A stretch of 63,751 nt of DNA, filler included, from Chiloscyllium plagiosum (Eukaryota), in NCBI RefSeq assembly GCF_004010195.1. It is 4 parts of 2 records of this genome, joined end to end, with 100 filler letters (N's around TTAATTAATTAA, not from the genome) between each part and the next. Parts side by side here need not be neighbours in the genome. Positions count along the whole stretch, not along the records: positions 58,020 to 63,751 come from NC_057714.1; 3 more parts are not named here. One strand, given 5' to 3'. How positions within the stretch are numbered: the first letter of the stretch is position 1; every line of letters starts with the position of its first letter. Under the pieces are notes generated by a model, which did not search any database, was not told the origin of the DNA, and was given only the letters and a program-made list of their open reading frames with translations. Both the position numbers and the translations under genes were made by a program. Below, in pieces: positions 62,296 to 63,751 of this stretch.

Positions 62296-63269
62296 TAGTT
62301 CCAGTTTTATTGGTATTTTCGGATCATAGAACGGTTTCAGCATAGAAGGAAGCCATTCACTTTATTATGTTTGCTGACTTTTTGCAGGAGCAATTCACCT
62401 AGATCCACCCCCTTACAGTTTTCCCAAACTCTCATAAATGTTTTCTTCAAATAATCCAATGCTGTTGCAAAAGCTTCAATTGAATAGTTTAGGATAGATA
62501 GGCTTCAGGTTGGTTCCACAGGTCAGCACAATACTCTCAGGCACGACATTCCACATCCTTACTATTTATTGCTTAATAAAACTTTTCTTCATGTCACACA
62601 GGTTTAATAAATGATCTCAATGAAAAAGATCTTCTAGGGAACAGTGATTATAACATGGTAGCATTTAGCATTCAGTTTGAATGGGTCAGCAACAATTGAG
62701 CTTGACTTAAATTAGGGTAATTATGAGGGGATGAGGGCAGAGTTGGCTGGTGTGGACTGGGAAAGGAGCTTAGCAGAAAAATGATTGACGAACTAGGTGC
62801 AGATGTTAAGAAAATACTGCATGTCTCAAAATAAAGATATGCCCCAATGAGGAAGAAGGGTTGTAAGGGTAGGATAAACCAACCATGGTTAACCAAGGAA
62901 GTTGAGCATAGCAATGAATTAGTGATTTCTTACTGATGTTTAACAATTACATTGATGTCTTTCTCTCATGCTAAAGCTACGTATGAAATTTATTGAATAA
63001 TGACAGCCATTCATTGAGCAGATAATTTTGATAGCTTAAGAACTTGGTAAGAGTGGTCAGGTTTCATTCAAGCTTCAATAAATTATCTGTAAACAGACTT
63101 TGACCCAAGGAAGTTGAGCATAGCAATGGATTGAAAGAAGAAAAACATATAATTTGGCAAGGATTGACGAAGTTTTAAAAACCAACAAAAAGAATCCAAA
63201 AAGATAGAGGGAGAAAATAAATGTTTAGGGTAAATTAACAAGTAATATAAAAAAGGATAATAGGAGCTT

Positions 63270-63751
63270 AGTATGGAACGGCAAGATGTGTTGACTTGTG
63301 GAATGTTTCAGAGAACATCTCTGGGACAAATGCACCAATTAACCCCACCACCCTGTAGCCAAACACTTGAACTGCCCCTCCCACTCTGCCAAGGACATGC
63401 AAGTCCTGGGCTGCCCCCACCACCAAATTCCAGCCACCTGATGTCTGGAGGAAGAACATCTCACTGTCTGCTTTGGGACCCTCCAACCACATGGGATCAA
63501 TGTTGGTTTCAATAGTTTCCTAATCTCCCCCCCCCACCTTACTTCCGATCCAGACCTCCAACCTGGCACCACCCTCTTGAAGTGTCCTACCTGTCTTGCT
63601 TCCTTCCCATCTATCCGCTCCACCCTCCACTGTGACCTATCCCCATCATGCCCAACCTTCATCTACCTATTGCATTCCTCGTTATCTTCTCACCACCCCC
63701 CCTCCTATCGCATTCCCAGTTATCTCTCCTCCCCCAAGCTCCACCACCCCT
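63270..63751 (+). mobile_element. Penelope-like element 3' part (GIY-YIG C-terminus and pyrimidine-rich UTR), running off the window
   Basis: Remnants FREHL..KH.N.PSHS..DMQVLG..LEEEHL..GTLQPHGINV.F. Confidence 0.82.

Noticed and set aside
1..63751. Strand bias of LINEs as evidence for host-gene orientation
   Set aside because: CR1 copies occur in roughly similar numbers on both strands.

Overview
Eukaryotic, transposon-saturated genomic DNA, most likely from a cartilaginous fish (shark). The evidence is HE1-type tRNA/V-SINEs sharing their 3' tail with HER1/CR1 LINEs. Nearly every ORF in the track is a fragment, or an antisense/alternative frame, of decayed retroelements: CR1 LINEs (one near full length), L2-type LINEs, Rex1/Babar, RTE, a Gypsy pol relic and Penelope-like elements (PLEs). 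No host gene is confidently identified; two weak minus-strand exon candidates are noted. The most interesting signal is the dense set of PLE-derived elements from three sequence families, each carrying a minimal hammerhead ribozyme motif (CTGAnGA-stem II-GAAA-NUH). Most are short foldback insertions with mostly 13-16 bp target-site duplications and a consistent unpaired 33-39 nt 3' tail. One is a ~260-nt direct-repeat, retrozyme-like unit starting next to the predicted self-cleavage site. Several N gaps are present, three with an artificial TTAATTAATTAA spacer. Family names come from motif recognition only, and boundaries of old repeats are approximate.
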